A stretch of 64,000 nt of DNA from a bacterium (GTDB lineage Bacteria; Electryoneota; Electryoneia; Electryoneales; Electryoneaceae), in assembly GCA_963669175.1 (NCBI GenBank), contig OY769902.1:3936001-4000000 (forward strand), in the 5' to 3' direction. A program made the translations under genes and the position numbers. Below the pieces are notes generated by a model. It did no database searches. It was not told where the DNA came from and worked only from the letters and a program-made list of their open reading frames with translations. Below are positions 1 through 10,600 of this stretch, piece by piece; positions within the stretch are counted from its first letter, which is position 1; each line of letters opens with the position of its first letter.

Positions 1-720
1 CCGTGCCAGTAACGCGGCCATCACACTGCTGTCTACCCCGCCGCTGACACCACCGATCACGAGGTTGTCACCGACCTGTTCACGTACACGTTCGATGGTC
101 CACTCTTCGAACGCTTCCATGGTCCAGCCGGTTGTAGCATGGCAGATATCAAACAGGAAGCGACGAATGATATTCTGTCCGTCCGGCGTGTGGCGCACCT
201 CCGGATGGAACTGAACTCCATACAGATGCCGTGAACGGTCAGCCATGGCGGCAATCGGACAGGTATCACTCTGGGCGATGGAAGAAAACCCACGTGGCAG
301 GTTTTCAACCTGTACACCATGGCTCATCCAGGTCTGTATCTCACCACGCAATCCGGCCAGTGGTGTTTCAGCGCCAACAGTCACATTGACCGGACGACGT
401 CCGTATTCACGGTTGTCTGCTGCCTTGACCACCCCGCCAAGCAGATGCGCCATTAGCTGCATACCGTAACAAATGCCCAGAACAGGGATTCCCTGATCGA
501 ACACGGCAGCATCGTAGGTCGGTGCATCTTCCTCAAACACACTAGCCGGACCACCGGAGAGGATAATACCCGCCGGTTCCATCTCGAGCACCTTTTCCAA
601 CCCCTGGGTGCAAGAGAAAATCTCGGCGTACACACCCTCTTCGCGAATACGGCGTGCGATAAGCTGAGTATACTGTGAGCCAAAATCCACAACAGCAATA
701 GCGTCGTATGCACGGTTCAT
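1..720 (-). CDS. guaA: GMP synthase (glutamine-hydrolysing), N-terminal part; runs off the window start
   Basis: Hand translation from ATG 720 gives MNRAYDAIAVVDFGSQYTQLIARRIRE, then GATase motifs GICYGMQ, MSHG and QFHPEV, and SGGVDS near the window edge. Absent from the ORF track because it is truncated. Confidence 0.95.
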   Translation of the reverse strand, partial: MNRAYDAIAVVDFGSQYTQLIARRIREEGVYAEIFSCTQGLEKVLEMEPAGIILSGGPASVFEEDAPTYDAAVFDQGIPVLGICYGMQLMAHLLGGVVKAADNREYGRRPVNVTVGAETPLAGLRGEIQTWMSHGVQVENLPRGFSSIAQSDTCPIAAMADRSRHLYGVQFHPEVRHTPDGQNIIRRFLFDICHATTGWTMEAFEEWTIERVREQVGDNLVIGGVSGGVDSSVMAALLAR

Positions 721-724
721 GGCG

Positions 725-1498
725 CTACTCCCTCCACCTGCGCTCCCACCCACTATTTCGTAGCTGGTGAAGCGTGTTTTCTGCTGTCATATCCACTTTC
801 AGCGGGGTTACTGCAACCCAGCCATCCATCACCTGTTCATCATCACCGTCAGGAACCGGTTCGAAGGTGTGCACGACCCCACCCATCCACCAGTAGTCAC
901 GATCCCGGACATCCTTGCGGTGATCGAACACTTCACGGAAACTGCTTCGCGAAACACGGGTTACTTTTATTCCCTTCAGTTCCTCGGGCGGTATGCCGGG
1001 TACATTTACGTTGAGCAATTCATATCTGCCAATATCTGAATCTGAATTTTCAAGCAGTTTCAACACTTCCACTGCCGCCTTGGCGCTGCCACGGAAATCT
1101 CTCGAGAAGTAGTCCGCCAAAGAGACAGCAACCGAAGGAATACCGAGCATGGCGCCCTCAATGGCCGCTGCAACGGTTCCTGAATAATTGGCATTCAATC
1201 CGACATTCGACCCGATATTGATACCGCTGAAGATAAAATCGGGCTTCTCTTTCAACAACGCTCCCACACCAATTTTGACACAATCCGCGGGGGTGCCATC
1301 CACATACCAGCCCGGAAGTCCGTTTTCTTCGATCTTGTAGGCGCGGAGGGGACGGTTCAACGTGATCGCCAAAGAGATCGCGCTCATCTCACTGGCGGGT
1401 GCGACTACTGTTACTTCTGCAACTTCAGAAAGCGCCTCATACAGCGCCTTTATTCCCGGACTGCGAAAACTGTCATCGTTCGTCAATAAAATCTTCAT
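725..1498 (-). CDS. surE: 5'/3'-nucleotidase SurE
   Basis: Motifs KILLTNDD, DGTPADCV, SGINIGSN, YSGTVAAAIEG. Confidence 0.95.
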   Translation of the reverse strand: MKILLTNDDSFRSPGIKALYEALSEVAEVTVVAPASEMSAISLAITLNRPLRAYKIEENGLPGWYVDGTPADCVKIGVGALLKEKPDFIFSGINIGSNVGLNANYSGTVAAAIEGAMLGIPSVAVSLADYFSRDFRGSAKAAVEVLKLLENSDSDIGRYELLNVNVPGIPPEELKGIKVTRVSRSSFREVFDHRKDVRDRDYWWMGGVVHTFEPVPDGDDEQVMDGWVAVTPLKVDMTAENTLHQLRNSGWERRWRE

Positions 1499-1518
1499 GA
1501 ATACATCTCTTTTCTGCG

Positions 1519-3012
1519 TTACTCTTTTACTTGTTCAACAAACTCGTTGATCGCTTCGAAAATCTGTTCGGCGACCAGTTGACGGAACTCCGTCTTGTTC
1601 AGCAATTTCTCTTCTGCATGGTTCGAGATAAATGCGGTCTCAACCAACACTGCCGGCATGGATGCGCCGATCAATACATAGAACCCGGCCTGGTCAACCC
1701 CTCGATCTTTCAACCCGCTGCGTTCAACCAGCTTTTCCTGAATTGTTGCCGCAAAAACCTCGGATTCCTTCACAAACTGCGCCTGGGCCATGGCCAGAAG
1801 AATGTAGTTCTCTTCTGTCAGGTCCACATACCCTTCCTGGGACTCTTCGTATTTTATTACGCTGTTCTCTTTTAATGCGACAGCCATGGCACGCTCCGTA
1901 CGAGCCGGCGCAAGAAAATAGGTTTCACTTCCATTGGCGCTTCTACTTCTTGCTGCGTTACAATGCAGGCTGACAAACAGTTTCCCGCCGTTCGTGTTCG
2001 CAATACGTGTACGTTCATGCAATGGAATAAACACATCGTTGTCACGTGTCATGACAACCTTTATACCCAGTCGTTGCTGAATCAATCCACGCAACCGTAA
2101 ACCAATATCCAGCACGACATCTTTTTCATATAGGTTGTTGGGACCAATTGCTCCCGGATCCTTGCCTCCATGGCCGGGATCAATCACGATAACATCGATT
2201 TCCCAGTTCTTTCTTGCGTCTTCCAGCTCTTCATATACTGTTTTATCTCCATAGGCAAGCGGGGATTCCACTTCTTCAAGTGGTATCAGGTGCAACTCGA
2301 AAACATTTCCCCGGTCAGGGCCCTGTAACCTGACTCCCCCAATGGGAAAACCGGTTGTGATCTTGAATCCCTGGTTGGCCAGATCCCATTGCAGGTCAGC
2401 AGGCAGACTATCCTGCTTCGATACTTTTGTTTTTACCGGTATCAACCGGGCGCCCTGGCATTGAAACATGACGGTTGCAGAATCGAGTAGCTCCACATCC
2501 GCTTTCAGGGGTTTCGCCGCAACGATCCTGAAAATGATCTCCAGTGAATCGCCACGCCCATCAATTGTCAATAGATCCGATTCCGAAGGCACATACACAA
2601 TGGTCCGTGTCAATTCACGCACATCAACAAACCCGGCAGTATGATTTCGAACCAGGTTCAGGGCAATTTGTTCTGTCAACCAGACTTCATTGTCACCAAA
2701 CTCCACCGGCATCGGAAGATGTACAATTTCATTGCCAATCGTAAGAAATGATCCGTGTGGAACCACAACCAGCGGGGCTTCAGGAAAGAAGAAAACCTGT
2801 TCGCCATCAATATCCATCTGGTGATGAATGCCAAGGAAATCAGCAAGGGCGATCATTTCAAGCAGCGTTTCATCGCCCTGGGTTTTCACCGGGAGCTGAA
2901 CCGGCGCCCCCCCACGTTCGACAAGCGACCATGGAGCGCCAACAGCAGTCACTGCCACAAGGGACAGGACAACCAGCAATCCGTACTTCACTGTGTTAAA
3001 ACGGGAAATCAT
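1519..3012 (-). CDS. N-acetylmuramoyl-L-alanine amidase (Amidase_3 family) with signal peptide
   Basis: Motifs VIDPGHGGKDPGA, EKDVVL, FVSLHCNA, PAVLVETAFISN. Confidence 0.92.
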   Translation of the reverse strand: MISRFNTVKYGLLVVLSLVAVTAVGAPWSLVERGGAPVQLPVKTQGDETLLEMIALADFLGIHHQMDIDGEQVFFFPEAPLVVVPHGSFLTIGNEIVHLPMPVEFGDNEVWLTEQIALNLVRNHTAGFVDVRELTRTIVYVPSESDLLTIDGRGDSLEIIFRIVAAKPLKADVELLDSATVMFQCQGARLIPVKTKVSKQDSLPADLQWDLANQGFKITTGFPIGGVRLQGPDRGNVFELHLIPLEEVESPLAYGDKTVYEELEDARKNWEIDVIVIDPGHGGKDPGAIGPNNLYEKDVVLDIGLRLRGLIQQRLGIKVVMTRDNDVFIPLHERTRIANTNGGKLFVSLHCNAARSRSANGSETYFLAPARTERAMAVALKENSVIKYEESQEGYVDLTEENYILLAMAQAQFVKESEVFAATIQEKLVERSGLKDRGVDQAGFYVLIGASMPAVLVETAFISNHAEEKLLNKTEFRQLVAEQIFEAINEFVEQVKE

Positions 3013-3459
3013 GAGCGGTCGCCAATCCTGAACAGGTCATTCATCATGGGGCAAAAGTAGGCTACAGAAGACTCTCTCGCAAGCGTTGATCATCCTCACG
3101 CATTTATCCGGGTGACAAATTCGAGTTTGTAAATATGGCTTTTCACAATTCTGTTCAATTACCAGGAAATTGCACGGAAAAGGAGATAATAATTTTGGCG
3201 CTTCGCTGTTTCGTATGGGTAAAGAGGTTCACATAGTGATGCGACACGACAATAGAATTTCGAGTCGTTTCACTGGAATCAGTCAATAAGGTCTGGTTCC
3301 AGTGTATGTCCACCGAAGGTGGGCCACTTGAATAGCGTGGTGCGTAAGCGCCGGAAGTACACATCAGAACTATTTCCAGATGTAGCGTACCCACACGAAA
3401 TAGCGAGGCATCATCATACTCTTTACGTTTTGCAACACAGCTTGAGTAATAGAGAATCT

Positions 3460-4458
3460 TCAGACAGCTTCAGCTTTTTCTCTTTTCTTTGCCGGTTCGA
3501 GCTTTGCTCCAGCCTGGCTTGACGCTTTCAGATCCATGATATGCTGGCCATTGATATACTCTTTCTCCTGCAAATGTGTAATGGTCAACAGACGTTGAAC
3601 CAGAACCTGCATCCGGAAGACCATTCTTGCAATTCTCTTCATAGCTTCCTGTTTGCTCGGTTCCATATCATCCAGTTCGGGCTCAATATGCAAGTCGTAG
3701 GTTGCCTGGATAATGGCCAATGGATTATTGAATTCGTGAGCCATCGTACTTGCCAATTGCTGTGCGGTACGAAGGTTCGCTGCTTCCATTGCCTGCTTTC
3801 TGTCGGATTCTATTTGTTGTTGAAGCAGAAAATCATGCCGCGCAAAGTATTCCATTGCATAGCATGCAAAACCACAGAATACAGATGCTACAACGAACAG
3901 AATGAAGTCATAGGCAACTCTGGATGGCGAGGCAATGGTGGTGTGCACGTCGAACAAGGCAATTGTGGTGATTAGGACACCCGCGATCAGGGCATGAGAA
4001 AAACGCAGGCGCATGAAGGTAAAACCTGCCACAAGAATGATAAGATGACCTGCTTCAAAAGGGATGCCTTCTCCCAGGGCTATCGTGCGATTCATCAGCA
4101 TCAATCCCAGGCTGGCAGCAACAATCCCGAAAAGCGCAAGCCAGGGGACAGCTTTTATCCACTTCTTCTGAAAACTGGCGACAATAGCGCTGACCAGCGC
4201 AGGCACAACCAACCCATACCGGATCAACCAGTCATTGTGCAGCGCATCTGATTTTATCCAGATCATATCTGTAATCCCGAATATGAGCCAGAACAGAACA
4301 GCCAGAATAGCTGCGGCTCTCATATACTGCAGATTGTTCACATTATATGATGTTACAAATTCTTCTTCCTTTCCAGGATCAAATGAAAGAAAGAAGGGAT
4401 GCATCCCATACCGGCGAGGCGCAAATGGACTGAGCCTGAACGCTGACGTCTTGGGCAT
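3460..4458 (-). CDS. Multi-TM membrane sensor with a HisKA H-box but no ATPase domain
   Basis: About 6 hydrophobic segments, a coiled linker, then TMAHEFNNPLAII. The protein ends about 85 aa later without N/G boxes. Confidence 0.7.
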   Translation of the reverse strand: MPKTSAFRLSPFAPRRYGMHPFFLSFDPGKEEEFVTSYNVNNLQYMRAAAILAVLFWLIFGITDMIWIKSDALHNDWLIRYGLVVPALVSAIVASFQKKWIKAVPWLALFGIVAASLGLMLMNRTIALGEGIPFEAGHLIILVAGFTFMRLRFSHALIAGVLITTIALFDVHTTIASPSRVAYDFILFVVASVFCGFACYAMEYFARHDFLLQQQIESDRKQAMEAANLRTAQQLASTMAHEFNNPLAIIQATYDLHIEPELDDMEPSKQEAMKRIARMVFRMQVLVQRLLTITHLQEKEYINGQHIMDLKASSQAGAKLEPAKKREKAEAV

Positions 4459-4463
4459 GGATC

Positions 4464-6401
4464 TTATACCTTAATTTTTTTATCTCCCAGGAGAAACCAC
4501 TCGTCGTAGATATCTTCCAGTTGACGTTCTGTTTCCGTCAGTTTTTCTCTTTTCAACGCTTCCCGTTTCGTATTGCCTTTATCAACTTCTACCTGGATCT
4601 CCTCCTCAAGGCGACCCTTCTGCGCTTCCAGTCGGTCAATTTCTGCTTCCAGCTCAGCGAATCTTTTAGCGTCAAATTTGATTTTACGTTTCTTCTGAGT
4701 ACCGCTGGTCCGTGCTGCTTTTTCTTCCTTTTTCTGTGATTCTGCAGCTTCCAGCTTTGCGATACGTTCTTCTTTCAAGGCTGTCCAGAAATCTGAGAAG
4801 TTTCCTTCGAACGGAGTAATTGCCGGTGGGACCAGATGCAGGATTCGATCAGCCAGTTTGTCCAGGAAATAGCGGTCGTGACTGATAACAAATATGGTTC
4901 CCTGGAATTCTTCGAGCGCGTCTTCCACGGCTTCACGGCTGAACAGGTCAAGGTGGTTGGTAGGTTCGTCCAGCAACAGGAAGTTAGCCCCGGATGCCAT
5001 CATGGCGGCCAATTGAACCCTGGCTTTTTCGCCACCGGAAAGCACAGCGACAGGTTTTTCGAAATCATCACGATTGAACAGGAATCGATACAACAGGGAT
5101 TCGGAATCATTCCGTCGCAATCCGCTCAGCCGCATCATTTCATCAATCAGCACGTTCTTGCGTTCAAGCGGTTCGGCCATCTGGGCAAAGTATCCCAACT
5201 TCATGGCTTTCCCCACGCGAAGAACCGGGTTTTCCCATCTCCCTTCCTTAATAATATCCTTGAAAAGAGTACTCTTCCCTGTCCCATTCGCGCCGACAAG
5301 AGCCATGCACTCGCCCTGGGCGATCCGGAAATTCACATCATCCAGCAGCCATGGCCCTTCACCATATCGACGTGAATATTTGACAATATCCAGGGCTATA
5401 TCACCCTTTGTCTTTGCATTGCCAAAGCTGATCCCGATCTTCCGCTGATCTTCACGAATCTTTTCAACCTTGTCCATTTTATCGATACGACGTTCCAGGT
5501 GCTTTGCAGTACGCGCCAATCCCGGATTATCATACACATTCGCCCAGCTTTTCAGCCGTTGAATCTGGAATTGCAGCCGTGAAATCTCCTTTTCCTGCCG
5601 CTTGGCCGCCGCTTCCAACTTCTCCATTCGAACCAGTTTTTCCGCACGGTAAGCGGAGTAGTTACCGGCATAAGTAGTAATCGCCTGGGATTCCATTTCC
5701 CAGATTATTTTGCAGGTATTATCCAACAGATAGCGATTATGGCTTACGAGGATGAAGGCGTTTGACGTCGCGTTCAAAACCTCCTCCAGCCAGTCAAGCC
5801 CCTCGAAATCGAGGTGGTTGCCCGGCTCGTCCAGCAGCATCAAGTCGGGATCCTGCACCAGCAGCCGGGCCAGCCCGATCACATTTCGTTCACCGCCGGA
5901 GAAGGTTGAGGCATCCCGATCCCAATCCTGTCGTGGTACCTTCAATCCATCCAGAATGGCCTCTACCCTGTTGTCCGCACGCCAGCCATCACGAGTATCA
6001 TAGAGATCGTGGAGTTTGCCGTAACGCTCCATCACTCTTTTATACTCTATTTCATCTTCCGCCAGCGAAGGATCAGCAAGCCTTTCTTCCAGTTCACGCA
6101 ATTCGCTTTCGATACGGTCAAGCGCAGCTAATCCCTCACGCACTTCAGAGTACAGACTGCGTCCCTCTGAATAGATTGGATCTTGTGCGAGGTACCCGAT
6201 ACGGATTCCCGATTGACGGGCAACATGTCCACTGGAAGGTTGCTCTGAACCACTGATCATTTTAAGGAGAGTAGTTTTACCGATACCATTCCTGCCAACC
6301 AGGCCAATATGCTGACCGGCATTAATGTCAATACTGGTGGGTTCCAGGATAACCTGTCCCCCGAATGATTTGGAAAACGCGTTTAAACTGACGAGACTCA
6401 T
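4464..6401 (-). CDS. ABC-F family ATP-binding protein
   Basis: Two ABC cassettes (GRNGIGKTT, FSGGE, LLDEPGNHLD; GANGTGKS, LSGGEK, LLDEPTNHLD), no TM segments, C-terminal coiled coil. Start placed at ATG 6401. Confidence 0.92.
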   Translation of the reverse strand: MSLVSLNAFSKSFGGQVILEPTSIDINAGQHIGLVGRNGIGKTTLLKMISGSEQPSSGHVARQSGIRIGYLAQDPIYSEGRSLYSEVREGLAALDRIESELRELEERLADPSLAEDEIEYKRVMERYGKLHDLYDTRDGWRADNRVEAILDGLKVPRQDWDRDASTFSGGERNVIGLARLLVQDPDLMLLDEPGNHLDFEGLDWLEEVLNATSNAFILVSHNRYLLDNTCKIIWEMESQAITTYAGNYSAYRAEKLVRMEKLEAAAKRQEKEISRLQFQIQRLKSWANVYDNPGLARTAKHLERRIDKMDKVEKIREDQRKIGISFGNAKTKGDIALDIVKYSRRYGEGPWLLDDVNFRIAQGECMALVGANGTGKSTLFKDIIKEGRWENPVLRVGKAMKLGYFAQMAEPLERKNVLIDEMMRLSGLRRNDSESLLYRFLFNRDDFEKPVAVLSGGEKARVQLAAMMASGANFLLLDEPTNHLDLFSREAVEDALEEFQGTIFVISHDRYFLDKLADRILHLVPPAITPFEGNFSDFWTALKEERIAKLEAAESQKKEEKAARTSGTQKKRKIKFDAKRFAELEAEIDRLEAQKGRLEEEIQVEVDKGNTKREALKREKLTETERQLEDIYDEWFLLGDKKIKV

Positions 6402-6448
6402 CCCTGGCAACCTGAACGTGGTTAGAAAATCTTAGGCTATTACAAACA

Positions 6449-6472
6449 GACCCGACTCACTCGAATCGGGTC
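6449..6472 (-). terminator. Possible intrinsic terminator
   Basis: GACCCGA/TCGGGTC hairpin followed by TGTTTGT on the minus strand, downstream of 6502-7209. The U-tail is weak. Confidence 0.35.
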
Positions 6473-6501
6473 CGAAGATACAGCTTTTTTCAAGGGAATG
6501 C

Positions 6502-7209
6502 TTACTTGATGAGCATGGCTCGTGTCATTTCCACACGACCAAGCGCTTCCAGTTTCACCAGATACAGGCCGCTTGCCATGTTTGGCGTGGACTGGAAGGC
6601 GAAACGATGGCTGCCCTGGGATAGAGTCCCGTTATGCAGTGTCTGAACCCGGCGCCCATCCGGTGTAATAACCAGGAGGTTCACAGGCGCAGTCTGGGGC
6701 AGGCTGAACTCAATGACCGCACTGGAGTTGAAAGGATTCGGATATACCGGCGCGAGATGAAAACTGCTCGGTTGCACGGACAGATCCGTTGACTCTCCTA
6801 TACCTGTTGAAGTGTAAGCGGTGAAAAGGGTGCTGTCAGTTGCATCCGGTTCGCCATCTACTTCGATCTTGAAATAGGTGAATCCTGTGCCGGGTGTGTT
6901 TGTAAAGAAATCAATACTGACACTGGCGGTATCGCCAGCCGCAATGGAATAGGTATAGCTTGTAACATATGGTGGGAAACAGGAGCCATCTGCACAGAAT
7001 GTCAATGTCCAATCATCCGGCATGGTGGTTCCATTGGTGGAAATGGTAAAAGAGGCTTCTGCAGCGCCTGTGTTCTCAATGACACCGTGAAATATTGCTG
7101 CGCTGCCGGCTGTAACTTCCAGATCCTTTTCAGGGTAAGTGAATGTGTATCCTGCGAAAGACAATGCCGGAAGCAGGAAAAGAAGTAGAATCGAATGGCG
7201 GATATGCAT
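6502..7209 (-). CDS. Small secreted Ig-like protein with T9SS type A sorting domain
   Basis: Signal peptide, beta-rich domain, C-terminal VYPNPFNS...MASGLYLVKL...MLIK. Confidence 0.85.
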   Translation of the reverse strand: MHIRHSILLLFLLPALSFAGYTFTYPEKDLEVTAGSAAIFHGVIENTGAAEASFTISTNGTTMPDDWTLTFCADGSCFPPYVTSYTYSIAAGDTASVSIDFFTNTPGTGFTYFKIEVDGEPDATDSTLFTAYTSTGIGESTDLSVQPSSFHLAPVYPNPFNSSAVIEFSLPQTAPVNLLVITPDGRRVQTLHNGTLSQGSHRFAFQSTPNMASGLYLVKLEALGRVEMTRAMLIK

Positions 7210-7671
7210 CGTTTGTTCCTCGCACCTGTTAAATGAAATGGTCTACGGGATAAAATGTACTTGCCAATACACTTGAACACAATGCTGCACAGTGACTTTT
7301 CACTCTTGGGCATACTGGTGGAATAGTTCACCTGGATCGATCCAGTGGACCTCTGCTGAGTTCAGAATCAGTAGTATCTTTCATCTCTTCAGTAATCCCA
7401 AATGCTCTCGAGGCAAGTGTTAAAAAATTTCGAGAAGTGGTCTGGTGAGTTGCACCTGCGTTTTTTGTCGTTCTATTTTAGTGATACTGGATCATTTTCG
7501 GGCCGGTCAATTTAGATACTTCTTCACGCACGGCAACGATACGATTTCAAGCACAGAATTCTGACTGCCCCTTTTGCTCTCCTGCACGGTTTTTTGTCCA
7601 GTCAACAAAATCGGTTTAAACGGAAAAGTCTGTTCATAACCCTTTCACGTTGATGCAACGAGGAGCGTGGC

Positions 7672-10600
7672 ATGAAGAAGGTAATGCTGTTTGTACTGGT
7701 TGCCGGATTGCTTGGGGGCTCCCTGGCTTTTGCTCAGGAAAGCTTTCAAGATGCAAATGCAATTCCGGCTTCTGACGATCCAAGCTTTCTGATTACCGCA
7801 CCATGTAGTGAGCGGTTCAGTGAGCTGGATGAAGTTGCTGTTGCTATTGTGAAGAATCAGACTCCATGGAGTAATAGCAACGAGGCGATTCTTGACACCA
7901 TGGAAGACGTCACCTACGACATTATCGGGTACGAGTCCTTTAATGTTGTCGACTGGGACGATTACGACCTGGTGATTATCGCCAGCAACCAGAGCACAAC
8001 CTTTTACACCAATTTGGCAAACGAGATGGACGATCTCGAAGCATATGTCGATGGTGGCGGTTGGCTCGAGTTTCACGGCGCACATAACGCTGGCGCCAAT
8101 CAGTGGGAACTGTGGGATGGCACCACTTACATCACAGGTAACGTCCCCGAGAATGTGGTCGTTGACGAAGACCATCCTATAACCCAGGGGCTCGATGAAA
8201 CACTTACCGGCAACTCGGCAAGTCACGGAAAGATTGTTGATGAGCCGGATGATTGCAATGTCATCATCGAAACCTCCGATGGTTATCCCAGCCTGATCGA
8301 GTATACCCACGGTCTTGGCACAGTTATCCTGAGCACCATGACCATGGAGTGGTTATGGGCTAACCAGGCCAACTATACTGGTGGACCGGTATTGGGTAAT
8401 ACCCTGAATTATGCCGTCCATCACCCAACTGTTGGCGCGCTGGAAGGTACTGTCACGGATTCAGACGAGGATCCGCTCGAAAATGTTGAAATAACCGTCT
8501 GGACATGGGGCGATGATCCGGAAATGGTTGATCAGCTCTATACAGATGCAGACGGTTACTATTTCTTTGATAACACAATCCAGGAAGGCGCCTATGCTTT
8601 GACTGCCTTCCTGCCGACCTACGTCCTGGCCGAAGAAGACAGCATCTACATCACCTGTGACGACACCTTGACAGTTGACTTCACCCTTGAAGACAACGAA
8701 GATACTGGCACTGTCTCCGGCTATGTATACTCGGCAGAAGAAGAGCTGGCTATCGAAGGAATAGATGTCACTATTCCTGTCCTGGATGAGTCAGTCACGA
8801 CAGATGAAGATGGCTACTTCACCTTTGGCGCTATCCCCACTGGTTCCTACACGATTGTTGTCACAGATGATCCTCCGGGAAGTGAAGGACATCATACCAA
8901 CACCTATCCGGGAATTGAAGTAGCTACCGTAAACGAGGATCTTGAATTCTACATTGCCGTCCTGCTGGATGTTGAAAACTTCACCATAAGTGCAGGCAAT
9001 GGCTATGCTGAACTCGCATGGGATGCTCCATCCAACCATGAAGAAGATCTCATGCTGGTCATGGAAGAGATTGAAGATGTGGAAGCGGAAATTGCCTATG
9101 TGGAAGCACGTAATGTGCCGGAAGAAATGGCAAAGATGCCCGCCGCCCATCAGCGTCTCTACCAGCTCAGGAACATGCGTGACCGTATGATCCTTGCCCA
9201 GGAGAACGAGCTGGATGATCTAGCCGACTTCATCGGTTATGCTGTCCTGAAAGACGGAGAAATCATTCCGGACTACCGTCCGACGTCAACTTCTGTCACC
9301 ATTTCAGGTCTGGATAACGGGCATCTATACACCTTTGCAGTGGCTGCTGATTACGGATATGGCAATGAATACCTGCATTGGTCGGATACTCTTGAAGTTC
9401 GTCCGATGCCTGAACCCGGCTATATCATTACCCCGATGGATTACGAGTGGATCGAAATCAATCCGGACGAAGGCGGCGATGGTGAAGTTGCCCATGATAA
9501 CGGCGATGACGCCAACTCCGGAGAAGTTTCCATTGCCCCTCTCTCATTCTCCTATTATGGGAATGTCTTTGAAAGCTTTGGCGCCTGCACCAATGGCTGG
9601 ATGAGTATGTCCAACTTCACATCCAACACAATTGGACCAAGCATTCCAAGCACGAGTGATCCAAACAACACCATTGTCGCGCTCAATGGTGACTATCATG
9701 CCGGTGTTTCCGGGGATGACTGTAACATCTGGTACTACGTGGATGAAGGTAACGACCGCGTGATCATCCAGTTCTGCCTGCGCCCCTACAGTGGTAGCCA
9801 CACGGATTACCGTCATAATTACCAGGTAGTCCTGGATTGTGCGACTGATTACCTGCACTTCAACTACAATACCAGTGAAGACTGGATGGAATATGTCCGT
9901 GCGAACGGCGTAATCGGTGTTGAGAACGGCACGGGCACTACCGCTTCAACCTTCAACATGTCGGAACTTGAAGATGAGACATCCTACCTGATCAGGTATG
10001 TGGCTGACTTCGGCAATATCGTTGGTACTGTTGTCGATACTTCCGGCAACCCGGTAGAGGGTGCATTCGTCTACCTGATGGGTGATGAAACCATGCACGG
10101 CATCTCCGATGAGAATGGCTACTACGAAATTCTCCTCGCGGATACGACTGGTCAGCCCTACACGGTAGTCTGCCACGCTGATGGCTACGAGCATGAACAG
10201 GAAGAAAGTGTTTCCTGGGAAGAAGGTGAATTCGAGATTACCGTAGACTTTGAAGTAACTCCCATCAGCACACGCACAGCTCCCTACGTTTCGGATTGGG
10301 ATGGCGATTACGACGACGGCATCAGCATTGCACTGGGACAACCGGGATCTTACGAACACAACATGATGCTGCAACTGGACGACGGTATTGCGGCAAATGG
10401 TTACATGATTCCTGAGGTTGGTCAGAACCAGATGATGGCCGTTCCTTTCATCACCTCGCAAGGTGGACGGCTGGTTCAAACAGAGATTCAACTGGCCAAC
10501 CCCGATGGTATCTGGGGAGCATGGCCGGATGCTTCCGCTGGAAACGTGATTGTACGCATTCATGCTGACAACAATGGTCTGCCGGGTGACGTGCTGTACA

